Positions 43,901-52,988 of a stretch of DNA of 64,000 nt are shown piece after piece. Source of the stretch: Caecitellus pseudoparvulus (taxonomy: Eukaryota > Protista > Bigyra: Bicosoecida); contig CBFFRQ010000067.1 of NCBI GenBank assembly GCA_965644315.1, positions 186,001 to 250,000 of the forward strand, read 5' to 3'. Numbering within the stretch: the first letter of the stretch is position 1; each line of letters starts with the position of its first letter. Position numbers and translations under genes: made by a program. The notes beneath the pieces were generated by a model. It saw nothing but the letters and a program-made list of their open reading frames with translations, did no database searches and was not told where the DNA came from.

Positions 43901-44969
43901 TGTGCAAGGCAGCCGCGCCAACAGCCTCCAGAGCCGCAGGCTGCACCGCCGCGCGGGCAGCATCACCCATCGACCGTGTCACTGCCACAGCCACGGTGTC
44001 CTTCACTGACGCAGCCACAAAATAGATGGATGCATCGATGCTTGCTGGAGCTGTGGGGCCAACCCACGACACTCCGCGCAACTGACAAGCCGCTTCAGCC
44101 GTCGACATGGAAGGGACTGCCTGCTCAGACCCAGCCTCGCGGTTCGCCAACAACAACATCACGTCAGACTGCACAGTCACAGACACTGCAGGGTGCAAGC
44201 TGAGCATGTCGCCCACAAGGTCCTGCAGCGCGGGGGGCTGCAGGCTGGGAGCCAGGGGGTTCGGGTCTCTGCGGGAATCGCTGTCGGCAGTACTTGGCAT
44301 AGTCGTTTCCGCATCTTTGGGTGCTGCGGGCTTCGAGAGGAGACGCTGCTTGGTCATGGCAGTGTGAGTCACATTCTCGGCAACAACTGCAGCCCCTTGC
44401 ATCGCACTGGGGTTCAGGGCAAAGGACACTTCGCGGCCGAACATGTGCAGGCCCCACAGGCGAACTGCAACTGAGCACACAACCTGCGCCGCCTGCCCCG
44501 CTCCCGCGTCATCTCGGAGCAGTTCCAGTGAACCAGACCATGATGAAGTTGGGGACAGCACTGTGCATGCTGACGAGGTGCGGCGAATCTCCCCTGCTAG
44601 GACTTGGGCACGTGCTCCTTTCGTGTTTGGCTGGACACGGCAGGCAGTCGGGCATGCGCTCCACGCCACGCCGTGCACATCCAGCGTCAGGGAAGCGTTT
44701 AACTGCATCCGCATATGACCTGTCTCTGCTCCCTCTGCTGTGGAGGTGTTCATGTGCAGCTGGGCGGAGTGCAGCGTGGGGGGGCCGTCGGGAGCCAAGC
44801 CTTTCAGTTCCAAGATCAAGCCCACCACTGCCGCCAGCAGGGGCAGCAGCACGAGCAGCCATCGAAGCGAGCGGCTGGACTTGGTGTCTGGCTTCTTGGA
44901 ACCGTACTTGAGTTTTTCCGCGCCTGCCGCTGCTCGAGGCAGGAGAGCGGCTGAGCCTGGTTGCTGCAT
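37992..44969 (-). CDS. Giant (~2325 aa) membrane protein with N- and C-terminal TM helices and a mucin-like S/T/P stalk
   Basis: Uninterrupted ORF. TM WLLVLLPLLAAVVGLIL near the N-terminus and TM GIAVGSVLFLALIAAVILV near the C-terminus, with a repeat stalk just before the latter. Confidence 0.85.
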   Translation of the reverse strand: MQQPGSAALLPRAAAGAEKLKYGSKKPDTKSSRSLRWLLVLLPLLAAVVGLILELKGLAPDGPPTLHSAQLHMNTSTAEGAETGHMRMQLNASLTLDVHGVAWSACPTACRVQPNTKGARAQVLAGEIRRTSSACTVLSPTSSWSGSLELLRDDAGAGQAAQVVCSVAVRLWGLHMFGREVSFALNPSAMQGAAVVAENVTHTAMTKQRLLSKPAAPKDAETTMPSTADSDSRRDPNPLAPSLQPPALQDLVGDMLSLHPAVSVTVQSDVMLLLANREAGSEQAVPSMSTAEAACQLRGVSWVGPTAPASIDASIYFVAASVKDTVAVAVTRSMGDAARAAVQPAALEAVGAAALHTLSPDTHDAPDWSALLPAASQASEDAMDDVEASMHASVQRLLASLRSPSTMLWVAQAPAVLMVSSLPSLAWVPLLSTATLPEEMLPAGAGRALGRVTRPRVQMVNFRSVSMETPYPATQPDLATVKVELDTDGLPNGGYQVMFPASGLSTNLTLSGGGGGESTVLDCGLRGVTVSIPRGTPIIRVELLVNMTLASVCGQHAYDAVASPSMSAEFRATAVTGLQSAAVAVSSSDIRLARAATPVAPLLLPLWHLRNVAVLVQPIMAINNDLAWSYSDEQGVLDTFTVGSLPVRACDIVGNLGFSAANRNWWVLSEKDVPGTDPAGFIGTQLCAWPYAHNTTILPDVPDNMVPAGFDEGVRWLSGWDEQALTSQYTTVYGYGAWNMLKLLNFASSSAFLSGSAFGEPGKRRTEEGSPSASRDGVLTAEWSMDEVYDLPSAASAFGLDLAGEWAGQLSLCMDPVGSAESGGSGAECVWASDGDSRRVVGVDAAVRVTVTDTVHVDISVNATALVNNALAAVTEGFAASAALSNAVDAALARSDEEVGGPPRFVRHARNAQRTRFRRWTTWISSWPYSRTSSDSTSYSFSTEGTSVGTSGVSGFVTTPRDGIATKWTYDNLPFRFKIGGYCPSVWTHVGRNAPIQDFYRFDQIPASLGDWLSSMHVLPRARSVLANISLSVDVADVRNGGVVILAVRGEAELDAGGLQEAVSQKGVSVQASDPGGAAEATAKWLWQRVKNSTEPTMPPAAALRLAIQEHLAHAGASDGEVKVVAKQQKYRTPAGLPPTVNPFDNMWVPWLAVSGLGPVFDATPLATYIANRRTGNGPEFLWPVQMSTCIAAYQQKPLCTPSGSVLLAMRGACAPGAVPADCNATGVSFGSMCVGQAVGAHKRSTWAPSLSQLLQINAFKYPVLPLLPYNHLAFKLPLRPLLLQASLLLDSTAGAIIAAAGLRGTMQELQAPEVNASSSALYVTAAASPEQSALGVPVGEVQAKMPCDSMPGSGPACPQQVGVSGTVFVPDAGSAMRPLAEGLLPSVSWGIAGSTSVSRKALLQLAREAASRWSRAGALQVEVRALLPSTQTVTQQPLQLAGELVLGVSDSGAARGQTGVSLLPNVSAGGASVLELWTQGGASVNLSAATHGQSRVGTFPASGLPGDVQAWVKWLSYGSMLASAQVRVDGDSFPLLRGVHVAELPGSPALREAKSLLCQVAGFFWSRAGTICDRVVSAVTDALGDDDEGLVLYPNRQAVDDSASMTSGTTSTSTIGSVPGVTFRSSHWVAKVPGVELPSLSGSGLGLPWAGGVQVAPAACADAASCLSWLTPGATTVWSLLPYVQVRLTEGACSPAAPQAYLQTIRDTLQAWYTGAGQGVPLSERVLHSACGGGRPACMVLRGRASKVQYVLTERLGSPVWHGTCRMRVEVGPANASQSVAVRGDAPCSGEVEHGAWLDCLARVEGGDGDGIVTAGVGLTDVMGTVPAPLATTSPTPSPSPTSSATPSASVSPSVSPTEGSTPSASVSPSVSPTEGSTPSASVSPSVSPTEGSTPSASVSPSVSPTEGSTPSASVSPSVSPTEGSTPSASVSPSVSPTEGSTPSASVSPSVSPTEGSTPSASVSPSVSPTEGSTPSASVSPSVSPTEGSTPSASVSPSVSPTEGSTPSASVSPSVSPTEGSTPSASVSPSVSPTEGSTPSASVSPSVSPTEGSTPSASVSPSVSPTEGSTPSASVSPSVSPTEGSTPSASVSPSVSPTEGSTPSASVSPSVSPTEGSTPSASVSPSVSPTEGSTPSASVSPSVSPTEGSTPSASVSPSVSPTEGSTPSASVSPSVSPTADPSRSTGASPLASRSPSSSPSASSHSSPTSSQPPPSSTSSPTSTPSHSATGTVSPSASEAPPASGGSAKPASTSLSAGGTAGIAVGSVLFLALIAAVILVGRRMGWFTSAAQAPTAAAPKPTAAAKPEEKSTRVVMSPLQIEAWK
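38434..39432 (-). repeat. 48-bp coding minisatellite, ~21 copies (TPSASVSPSVSPTEGS)
   Basis: gacacgctgggcgacaccga(g/t)gcagatggtgtggagccctcagt.. at 48-bp period. Confidence 0.97.
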
Positions 44970-45601
44970 GGTAGACGGAGGAAAGTTGCAGGCTGCCGAC
45001 ACCTCTCTCGGCGCACCTGCCCGCTCGAAGGAATCCTGGCCAGGGTCTTACCCAAGGCAGGCTGAGAAGATGCAGCAAAGGAAATGTCAGGTGATGATTG
45101 TTTTTGCAAAGTGTGTGCTTGTGGACAGGCAGAGTTTCTGTTGTGTGCGCCTTTCTCGGCAACCTGCCTGGTAGCGCGAGGACTTGCGCTCAGACGCGGC
45201 CGACTGCCCAGCTCTCTATGGAACCACCAGTGCAGCGCATTGAGGCGGTTCATTGCGGGCTGCACGTATATGAAGGCAAGTGCCTCTTGCAAGTCAGTGT
45301 GTACAGGTCAGGCAGCGTTTGCGATTGCTGGCATCTTTGCTGCGTGCCCTGGCGCCCATTCAAAACCCAGCAGAGCACCGCCAAGTGGCAGCCGCCCCTC
45401 TGCGCTGCATTGCTAATGGGGTTCCAGACAGGCTGCTACAGCACGGTGCATGGCCCGCTCTCCCCAAGCAGTGCATCGTTGGCAGATACGACGCAGACCA
45501 TTGCGCTGGTCCACAATTCCCCGCCCCACCATTCACGGGCACGCTCCTGCCGAAGCAGTCTCTTTTGTGAAGCCTGTCCCGCCCTGTGCACCGCCTTCAC
45601 C

Positions 45602-46719
45602 ATGCAGCCGCTAGTTGCTGCGTTGCAGCCGGTGGTGGATCCGGCGCTGGATGCTGGTGAGAGCATGGTGCGCTGGCTTGGGGCTGGCACGAACATGACC
45701 GACCGCAGCTACCACGCTGGGAGTTCTGTGTCCTTTTCCTGGTACTTGACCCCTCGGCAGCACGCGGCAGAGCTGATGGCGTTGAACCTCGTCGTCATCC
45801 CGCTGTTGGTCTGGCTGGCTCGCCGGTACACGCGTGCTGTTGGCATCAAAGCGCGGCCCGTTGACCAAATGGGCTGGCCGCTGTGGCTGCTGGACCAGGC
45901 AGTGCACTTCACCGGCCTCATCACGCTGGGTTTCACGCTGTGGTACAAGTATGAGAAGGACGCCTTCGTCTTCATGCTGCAGCCGTGAGTGCGCCTGCGT
46001 TTCGTGTGAAACTCCGCCAAACGGGCGGCTGCAAGAGTGCGACGCCGTGTCCCCTGACAGGTGCCACATCTCCAACACGCTCATGATCATCTTTTGGTTC
46101 TTTCCTGGCGCCAAGACGGGCAAGGACGGTAAGGTTGTGGAGAACACCTTCATCAAGTGCGTGGGCCAGGATTCGTGGCGGCGCTGGCTCTGCTGCCGAA
46201 CTGCCACACACGCGCACCTTGGGCCCCACGCTGCGCAGCTACCTGCAAGCCTTCAACATGGACATTTGGTTCGGCTCCCTGGCCGCGCTGCTCATGCCTG
46301 ATTTCCGGAACACCCGCTTGTTTCTGGAGAAGGAGATGTTCATCATCCAACACGGCTTGCTGGTGGCGTTGCCTTTCTACTACATGGCCGTGCGGCGGTA
46401 CACCGTGTACTCCGACTTCATCCACATCTTCCAGAACTACCTCATCTTTGCGCTCATCCACTGGGACGTCTTCTCCACCGTTAGCATCTTCTGGAACTGC
46501 AACGTCAACTACATGGCCCAGCCGCCCAACGGCTTCACCAAGTACGGCGAGTGGTACCGGGGCGTGGTCATGCTGCAGTGCTTGGCGGCGACGCTTGCGG
46601 CGCGGTACATCTTCTCGGGGCTCTGGGGCTTGCTCGTGACGTGGCAATACCCCTACACCGTGTGCTGTGTGCGCCGCTCAAAGGGGACGGTCATGGGCCT
46701 GGCCAAGAAGCAGCAGTGA
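45602..46719 (+). CDS. TMEM164: TMEM164-family membrane protein (3 exons)
   Basis: YLTPRQHAAE, FMLQP|CH, LAALLMPD, EMFIIQH and NVNYMAQPP; two in-frame GT-AG introns. Confidence 0.8.
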
Positions 46720-47087
46720 CTGCTGCCCCTTAGAACGCGGCACGGCGCCCACGCCGGGACCAGCACGCTGCATCGGGTCGGAAGCAATGCATGCAGTGTT
46801 AGGTCTGTGAAGACTGCCGTTCATGGCGCGGGGGCTTCGTCATCAGGCTTAGATTGATAGATGTTGCTGTGGTTTGCGAGGGCCCCGCCCGGCACCCCCC
46901 GCCGGGTGCAGAATCTTGCCAGGCACGAGCACACGACAAATGCAAAAGCGTCAGTCCATCTTGCACGGCCTTTCCGTGCCAAGAGGTGCTTGCTCGGCAG
47001 CACAGGCCCAGCACGCCGGGCAGGCTGCCTGCGGAAGTTGGAGTTTTGGCGCAGCGACGGGCGCGCTCCCTGCCACACACAGACGAC

Positions 47088-50000
47088 ATGGCATCGCCCA
47101 GCAGCGCTTCCAGGCCCATCGTGCCATCTGTTTTGGACAGCCTGGCGGCGCTGGAGAGCAAGCTGAACGCCTTCCAGAGCCTGGAGGAGGCGGCGCTCTC
47201 CTCCAGCACTGCAAGCAAGCAGCCAAGTGCAGGCAAGCCAAGCTCGCCGCCTGGAGGGGGTTCACCCAAGACAGCGCCGGCGAGTGAAGCCCAGCAGATC
47301 CTGAACATGTACCGCACCGCCTCGGGCAGTCCAGACCGCACCCGCCGCAGCCCCGGCGGCAGCGTCGGGCGTGGTGCGCACGTCGCACGCGACGCCGGCA
47401 CAGACAGCGCGGGTCGACGCCCGGCGCAGCAAGCTCTGAGCCAGGCAGCCCAGCGCCTTGCCCAGAGGTTTGAAGGGATGGATACAGTGCAGGACCTGGA
47501 CTCTGCGCCTGCCCACAGCTCTCCCTGGCGCCTGAGCGATGTCACGGGCGGCCCACCTCCGCCCGAGGCAGCCGTCCATGCGCCAGCTGGGGCAGGGTAT
47601 GCTCGGTCGCCTTTGAAGGAGTTCCAGGCTGGCTCACTGGATGCAGAGGGGCATGCGGTGGAGGAGGATGAGGAGGTCGTCGTTCGCGACCAGCTGCCCC
47701 CCCTGGACCGGGCGTCGCTGCTGCGCTCCGCTGACGCACACCTGGGCCCAGTGGCTCAAGAAACGCTGCGTGCCCGGGCCAACGCGTCCCCATACGCCGC
47801 TTGGCCAGAGGGACCCCGGCAGCCCTTCCTGTCGGAGGATGCCGATGTTCGTGGGCGGGAGGCGTCCTCGGCGTGGCAGGCAGCTAGCGCCGTGTACACG
47901 CCAAGTCGAGAGGCGCTTGCCGCGGTGGGGCAGCACCCGCCCTCGGCATCAGGGGCAAATCAAGAAGGCAAGGCATCGCCCACTGCGCTGCTCGCCCACA
48001 GCGACCTGCCACGGGACACCGCTGTGCAGGCGTCACAGGGCGCGACCCCAGGTCTGCCTGCTGCCGGCCCAGCTCGTGGGTACCTGGGGCACAGTTCCTC
48101 ACCTGCTGGCGTGACGTCAGTGGATGACGGCGGCCTGAGCTTCACCCTGGCCCAGCGCACAGTGCCAGGCGGCCTGGTGTCTCCGCAGGATACCGAGCGG
48201 TATCGCGCATCGGTCGCTGCGACCATGCAAGGCGCCCTCGCGACCACTCTGGCCGAGACCGAGGAAGCGTCTCGGCGCGATCTGGCGCTCGTCGCCAGTG
48301 ACGCCCTCGTAGCGACACATGCCGCCACACGGCAGGCGCTGGAGGAGGGGGGCGACGATGCAACGGTGCTCGGGAGGTGGTCGCGGGGTCGGCAGGAGTC
48401 GCACGCTGCGCTGCAGCGCCAGCTGGTCGCAGCCGAGTCGGCGGCAGGCGCAGCCGAGGTGACCAGTGCGCTCGTCATGGGCGCAGATGGGACGCGGCGG
48501 TCGGTGGATGTGGATGCGCTGGCGCCCCCCCCCGGCACGAAGCACGAGGGCGACATGGCCCACCTGCGGGCCAAGCTGGCAGGGCCAGGCGCAGTGGCCG
48601 CCTCTGCTGCCCACCGCCTGGCTCACAACAGAGGTCAGTTGGTGACTGTCTCGGGCACGGCCATGGCACTGCGAGGAGGGCACAGCCTGGGTGCTGACAG
48701 CGCCTCTGGTGCGTTTCAGGACGCTGGCATGTCCCTGACGGATCAGATGCAGGGCATCGTGGACAGCGAGCTGTTCATGGGGAGCATGGTTGCTGAGCAG
48801 CAGCGCTCCCAGGCCGACGCGGCGACGATTCGGCGAGCCCAAGTGCTGGCTGCTGCCACGCGGGACATTCCAGACTGCGACCTGGTGCAGGATGAAGGGA
48901 GCGGCAAGCCCCGCACGCCGCCCTCACACACGGCCACGTCACGGCATTTCTTCTCGGAGTCTGACACCGCCAGCGACTTTGCATCGTCACGGCGGCGGGC
49001 TGCGGCTGACACGACGCTGCCCAAAATCACCGCCGTCACGGCGTCGCTGTCGGAGATGTTCGGCTCGCCAGGTGGCGGGGAGGGCTACTCCACAGTGCCT
49101 CACCGACGAGTGTTACAGTCTCCCATTGACTCTGCAGCAGGCACGTACGTGACGCCCATGGCTGCGCCCAGCGGCATGTCGCAGGAGGCGCTCGTGGCGG
49201 CGTTTCCGCACGCGCAGGCAACGCTTGCAGAGCGCCGCAACCAGCGCCAACTGGCCACTGGGGAGCTGACACCGTCCACAAAACACATGGGCGCACTGGC
49301 CGCACAAGCCCATAACCAGGAACAGCTGCTGCAGCGCGTGGCAGCGGCAGAGGCCAAAGCTGCCGCGAAGAAGGGCGAAGAGCTGGCTAAGGCTGCGGCA
49401 GAGGCGGCACGTGTGCGGGCATCGCACATCACGGCTGAGAAGGTGGAAGCAGCGACACGGGAGGCGGCGGCGAAGGCCAAGGCGGCCCGCCGGGCGGCTC
49501 GCGCGGCCAAGGTGGCGGAGGCGAACCCGAAACCTGCGCCACCACCCAAGCAGCAGGCCGCGCCCAAGGCGAAACGCACCAGGGCCAGCATGACGCCCCT
49601 GGACCGCATGAGTGACTCCCAGCGTGCAGCGCGGAAGGATGACTCGTCGGGCGTCGTGACTGACGTCATCCCCGACGCGAAGCCGACCACTGCCAAGGCT
49701 GAAAGCAAGGCGCCGTCGAAGCCACCGCCCCCCACCGCTGCACGCGGCACGGCAGTGTCCAGCAAGCCCCCTCCCCCCTCCACACCCCACGCCAAGGAGA
49801 GCTTGAAACGTGCGACGCAGGCAAAGCGCACGTCTGTGCTGACGTTTTACTCCAGTCGCGTGAACCTTGCGGGGGGGCGTTTCCAAGGCGCGCCGCGCTC
49901 AGCTGGTCGCAGGCGCATGCAGCCGCAGAGCACCCCCAAGCACTCTCCACGACACGCTGCCACTGACTCCGATTCCGACTCCACAGCCACCATGGTGACG

Positions 50001-52571
50001 CCAACGTCAAGGGGTGGCGGCAGTGTCAGCCCAGGCGGTGGGCGGCGGAACGCTGTTGACGATGACGGGTCTTCCTCCGACTCCACGTTTTTCGACGACA
50101 CAGCGTCAGATTCCGACGACGCAGGGGCGAGCCAGCGCACACCAGCCACTCCCAGCGTAAGTGCCACACGCAAGGCTGTGCAAGCTGTGGAGCAGCAGCA
50201 ACTGCAGCGCAAAGCTGCCCAGCACGCAGGGCCAGTTCGCGTTGAGAAGCCACCGACGCCGCTGACCCAGCAACGAGCAGCCCGTGCTCGGGCAGCTGCA
50301 GAGGCCCTGGTGGCGGCTGACGACGCGTCATCCAGAGAGGCTGGAGAGGGTGGGCTGAGTGCGACACAGACAGCACAGCTGCGCTCGTTGCTTGGACTGG
50401 TGCAGCAGCATGTGCCAGGGCTGACCGCGCCACCTGTCTCGACGGTGCAAGCGAGCACGCCCAGTGTGGCAGCGGCGCCACGCCGCGCAATCATGCAGTA
50501 CCAGTCCACTGGCAGTGGTGTGGTGGCGTCGCGAGGCATGGCGGCTGGCTCCCCGACGCAGCAGGTGGAGGAACGCGTTCCACAGCAGGCCGTGGCAAGC
50601 ACCAGCGGAGTGGGCAGCCACGCCGCACACTACGTGGCGTCACCACCCCCCACACGTGGCGCGGCTGAGCTTCTGGCCGACTCTATTGTGCCGGCTGCAG
50701 AGTTGGAGCACGTGTTCTCGCCGTCCGGTGACTCTGTTCTTGATGAGCTGACGCAGAGCCGCTCTGCCACGGCCTCCCTGCACCACCTCGCAGCCATGGC
50801 GCGGCAAGAAGTGTCGCGCGCAGAGGCCCATGCGGAGAGTCAATCCCGACTGCGGGCGCTGCTGCAGCAAAAGGCAGACCTACTGTCCAAGTGTGGGTAT
50901 TGGGACGAGGCCGTGGCGGTGCTGCGAGGGGAAGACGTGCCCCTCCCAGCGGAGCTCACGGGGGAGTCACAGCCTGCAGCAGACGCCCCGCCCTCACCAG
51001 GCACGACCTCCAATCGCGCCGACATTGAGGGAGACCTCCCCCCTGCTGGGCAGCGCATTGGGCGTTTCTTCGCCGTGCCAGCCTTCCCCAAGTACACCGC
51101 TGGGGGCGTGCGTGTGCAGGAAGCCCCTGACAAACCCTCATCCCAGGCCGCTGCAAGCACCCTCGCCTCAGCCCTGCTAGGCACCGGGCAGCACGTGCAG
51201 AGCAGGGAGGATGAGTTGACGCCTGAGGAAGCCCAGGAACAGCTGCTGGCCGTGGCTGGCGCGTTGCACCCGGAAGTGCACAACCGCTCCGTGTGGGGCC
51301 AGGCCACCTTCAGCACTGCTGCTGCGTTACAGCGCGCCGGCATCACTGACGCCGACCGGGAACTGGAAAGCCAAGGCAAGGCAAAGTCCAACGCCAAGTA
51401 CGTGCTGTCAAACGTCGTCGTGCCAGACGTGTACTTCGCAAAGGAGTCACCACCTGAGCCTGAGGCAGAGGATGGTGCAGGTGCTGGCGGGAGGGGGCCG
51501 ACCACCCCCCCTCCTCCCCCCTCCACGCCGCCCACCAGGTCCCCCGCCCTGCATGAAGGCGTACAGGCCGCGCCTGGACCCGGGTTCACCCTGCCCACCA
51601 TATCCCAAGCCGCAGGGGGGGGTGCGGCGCCCACCCCCCCCTCGCCTCGCCTCCGGGCTCACAACAAGCGGTGGAGCATGCCCCCCCAGATGCTGGCGGC
51701 GCATGACCAGCGCGTGGCCGCACAGGCCATCAAGGGCATCAGCCCTGTCTCCGCCACCGGCAAGTCCACCATGGCAGCCACTGACAAGGCGTGTCTGGGC
51801 ATCGAGGACGGTGGCTACACGGGACAGTCCCCCGCCGCCAAGCCAGACTCACCCAGGGCGCCAGTCAACCTGCCCAAAGAAGCCACAGCAGGCACCCAGC
51901 CCGCCAAACCGACGGCGTCACCGACCACCAGTGGCGAGCCTGCCAAACCACCTTCTTCCGCTGTGCCGGCGCCAGCGCCAGCTCCAGCTCCAGCTCCTGC
52001 CAAGGGTCGCCGCCTGACCCCCCCCAAGCCAGTGTCGCCAGGGCCCCGGCCAATGCCTTCGCCCCGCCCCACTGGCCCCGGCACCTCTCCCAAGAAGCCC
52101 CGCTCATCAGCTGCGGGGCCACTTCCCAAGCCCGGTGGCGTGACAGGGCCCCGACCTGGGGCGCCCCGGACCCCGCCCCGTGCCAGCGGACCCGGCAGTG
52201 CACCCCGACCTGGGGCGCCCCGGACCCCGCCCCGTGCCAGCGGACCCGGCAGTGCACCCCGACCCGGGGCGCCCCGGACCCCGCCCCGTGCCAGCGGACC
52301 CGGCAGCGCACCCCGACCTGGCGGTCCCCGGACCCCGCCCCGTGCCAGCGGACCCGGCAGCGCACCCCGACCTGGCGGTCCCCGGACCCCGCCCCGTGCC
52401 AGCGGACCCGGCAGTGCACCCCGACCTGGGGCGCCCCGGACCCCGCCCCGTGCCAGCGGACCCGGCAGTGCACCCCGACCTGGCGGTCCCCGGGCAGCGG
52501 GGCCGCGTCCAGGCCGGCCAGGTGGCGAGAAAAAGAGCCCCGCGGCGAACGGCTCGGACGAGTGGTTATGA
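47088..52571 (+). CDS. Large low-complexity/disordered protein with a Pro/Arg/Gly repeat C-terminus
   Basis: Uninterrupted ORF of more than 1800 codons with coiled-coil patches; no domain recognised. Confidence 0.75.
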   Translation: MASPSSASRPIVPSVLDSLAALESKLNAFQSLEEAALSSSTASKQPSAGKPSSPPGGGSPKTAPASEAQQILNMYRTASGSPDRTRRSPGGSVGRGAHVARDAGTDSAGRRPAQQALSQAAQRLAQRFEGMDTVQDLDSAPAHSSPWRLSDVTGGPPPPEAAVHAPAGAGYARSPLKEFQAGSLDAEGHAVEEDEEVVVRDQLPPLDRASLLRSADAHLGPVAQETLRARANASPYAAWPEGPRQPFLSEDADVRGREASSAWQAASAVYTPSREALAAVGQHPPSASGANQEGKASPTALLAHSDLPRDTAVQASQGATPGLPAAGPARGYLGHSSSPAGVTSVDDGGLSFTLAQRTVPGGLVSPQDTERYRASVAATMQGALATTLAETEEASRRDLALVASDALVATHAATRQALEEGGDDATVLGRWSRGRQESHAALQRQLVAAESAAGAAEVTSALVMGADGTRRSVDVDALAPPPGTKHEGDMAHLRAKLAGPGAVAASAAHRLAHNRGQLVTVSGTAMALRGGHSLGADSASGAFQDAGMSLTDQMQGIVDSELFMGSMVAEQQRSQADAATIRRAQVLAAATRDIPDCDLVQDEGSGKPRTPPSHTATSRHFFSESDTASDFASSRRRAAADTTLPKITAVTASLSEMFGSPGGGEGYSTVPHRRVLQSPIDSAAGTYVTPMAAPSGMSQEALVAAFPHAQATLAERRNQRQLATGELTPSTKHMGALAAQAHNQEQLLQRVAAAEAKAAAKKGEELAKAAAEAARVRASHITAEKVEAATREAAAKAKAARRAARAAKVAEANPKPAPPPKQQAAPKAKRTRASMTPLDRMSDSQRAARKDDSSGVVTDVIPDAKPTTAKAESKAPSKPPPPTAARGTAVSSKPPPPSTPHAKESLKRATQAKRTSVLTFYSSRVNLAGGRFQGAPRSAGRRRMQPQSTPKHSPRHAATDSDSDSTATMVTPTSRGGGSVSPGGGRRNAVDDDGSSSDSTFFDDTASDSDDAGASQRTPATPSVSATRKAVQAVEQQQLQRKAAQHAGPVRVEKPPTPLTQQRAARARAAAEALVAADDASSREAGEGGLSATQTAQLRSLLGLVQQHVPGLTAPPVSTVQASTPSVAAAPRRAIMQYQSTGSGVVASRGMAAGSPTQQVEERVPQQAVASTSGVGSHAAHYVASPPPTRGAAELLADSIVPAAELEHVFSPSGDSVLDELTQSRSATASLHHLAAMARQEVSRAEAHAESQSRLRALLQQKADLLSKCGYWDEAVAVLRGEDVPLPAELTGESQPAADAPPSPGTTSNRADIEGDLPPAGQRIGRFFAVPAFPKYTAGGVRVQEAPDKPSSQAAASTLASALLGTGQHVQSREDELTPEEAQEQLLAVAGALHPEVHNRSVWGQATFSTAAALQRAGITDADRELESQGKAKSNAKYVLSNVVVPDVYFAKESPPEPEAEDGAGAGGRGPTTPPPPPSTPPTRSPALHEGVQAAPGPGFTLPTISQAAGGGAAPTPPSPRLRAHNKRWSMPPQMLAAHDQRVAAQAIKGISPVSATGKSTMAATDKACLGIEDGGYTGQSPAAKPDSPRAPVNLPKEATAGTQPAKPTASPTTSGEPAKPPSSAVPAPAPAPAPAPAKGRRLTPPKPVSPGPRPMPSPRPTGPGTSPKKPRSSAAGPLPKPGGVTGPRPGAPRTPPRASGPGSAPRPGAPRTPPRASGPGSAPRPGAPRTPPRASGPGSAPRPGGPRTPPRASGPGSAPRPGGPRTPPRASGPGSAPRPGAPRTPPRASGPGSAPRPGGPRAAGPRPGRPGGEKKSPAANGSDEWL
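52150..52492 (+). repeat. 54-bp coding tandem repeat, ~6 copies (PRPG[A/G]PRTPPRASGPGSA)
   Basis: ccccgacctggggcgccccggaccccgccccgtgccagcggacccggcagtgca repeated. Confidence 0.95.
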
Positions 52572-52988
52572 TGCGCCTGACTTGCCGCCCGTGGGTGTGA
52601 GCAATTTCATGAAGGCACCTTCGTATGATGCGAATGCAGACTTGTGTATGCGCCAGAACGTGTCCAGAGCCTTCAGGCTGTACTCCCTTGCGCCGTTCAC
52701 CAGCATGACAGACGAGGCAGGTGGCAAGTCTGGCAGCGCCACCGTGCGCGTGGTGCTGCCTTGGCTGGCGTTTGTTGTGCTGAGCACTTGCGTGAACAGT
52801 GGTTGTGGCTACCTTTCTCTGGATGGCAGACTGTCCACTGACCAGTGCCTTCGGCACCACGGCTCCAGTGCCTGCGTCAACAGTAAGTGTGTGCGTTTCA
52901 GTGGCGTTTCGCTGCGCGACGCACGCTCCTCCAAACGCCTCCGCGTCCAGTTCCCGCTGCATGCCCGGGCTTCGACACCATTAACCGC

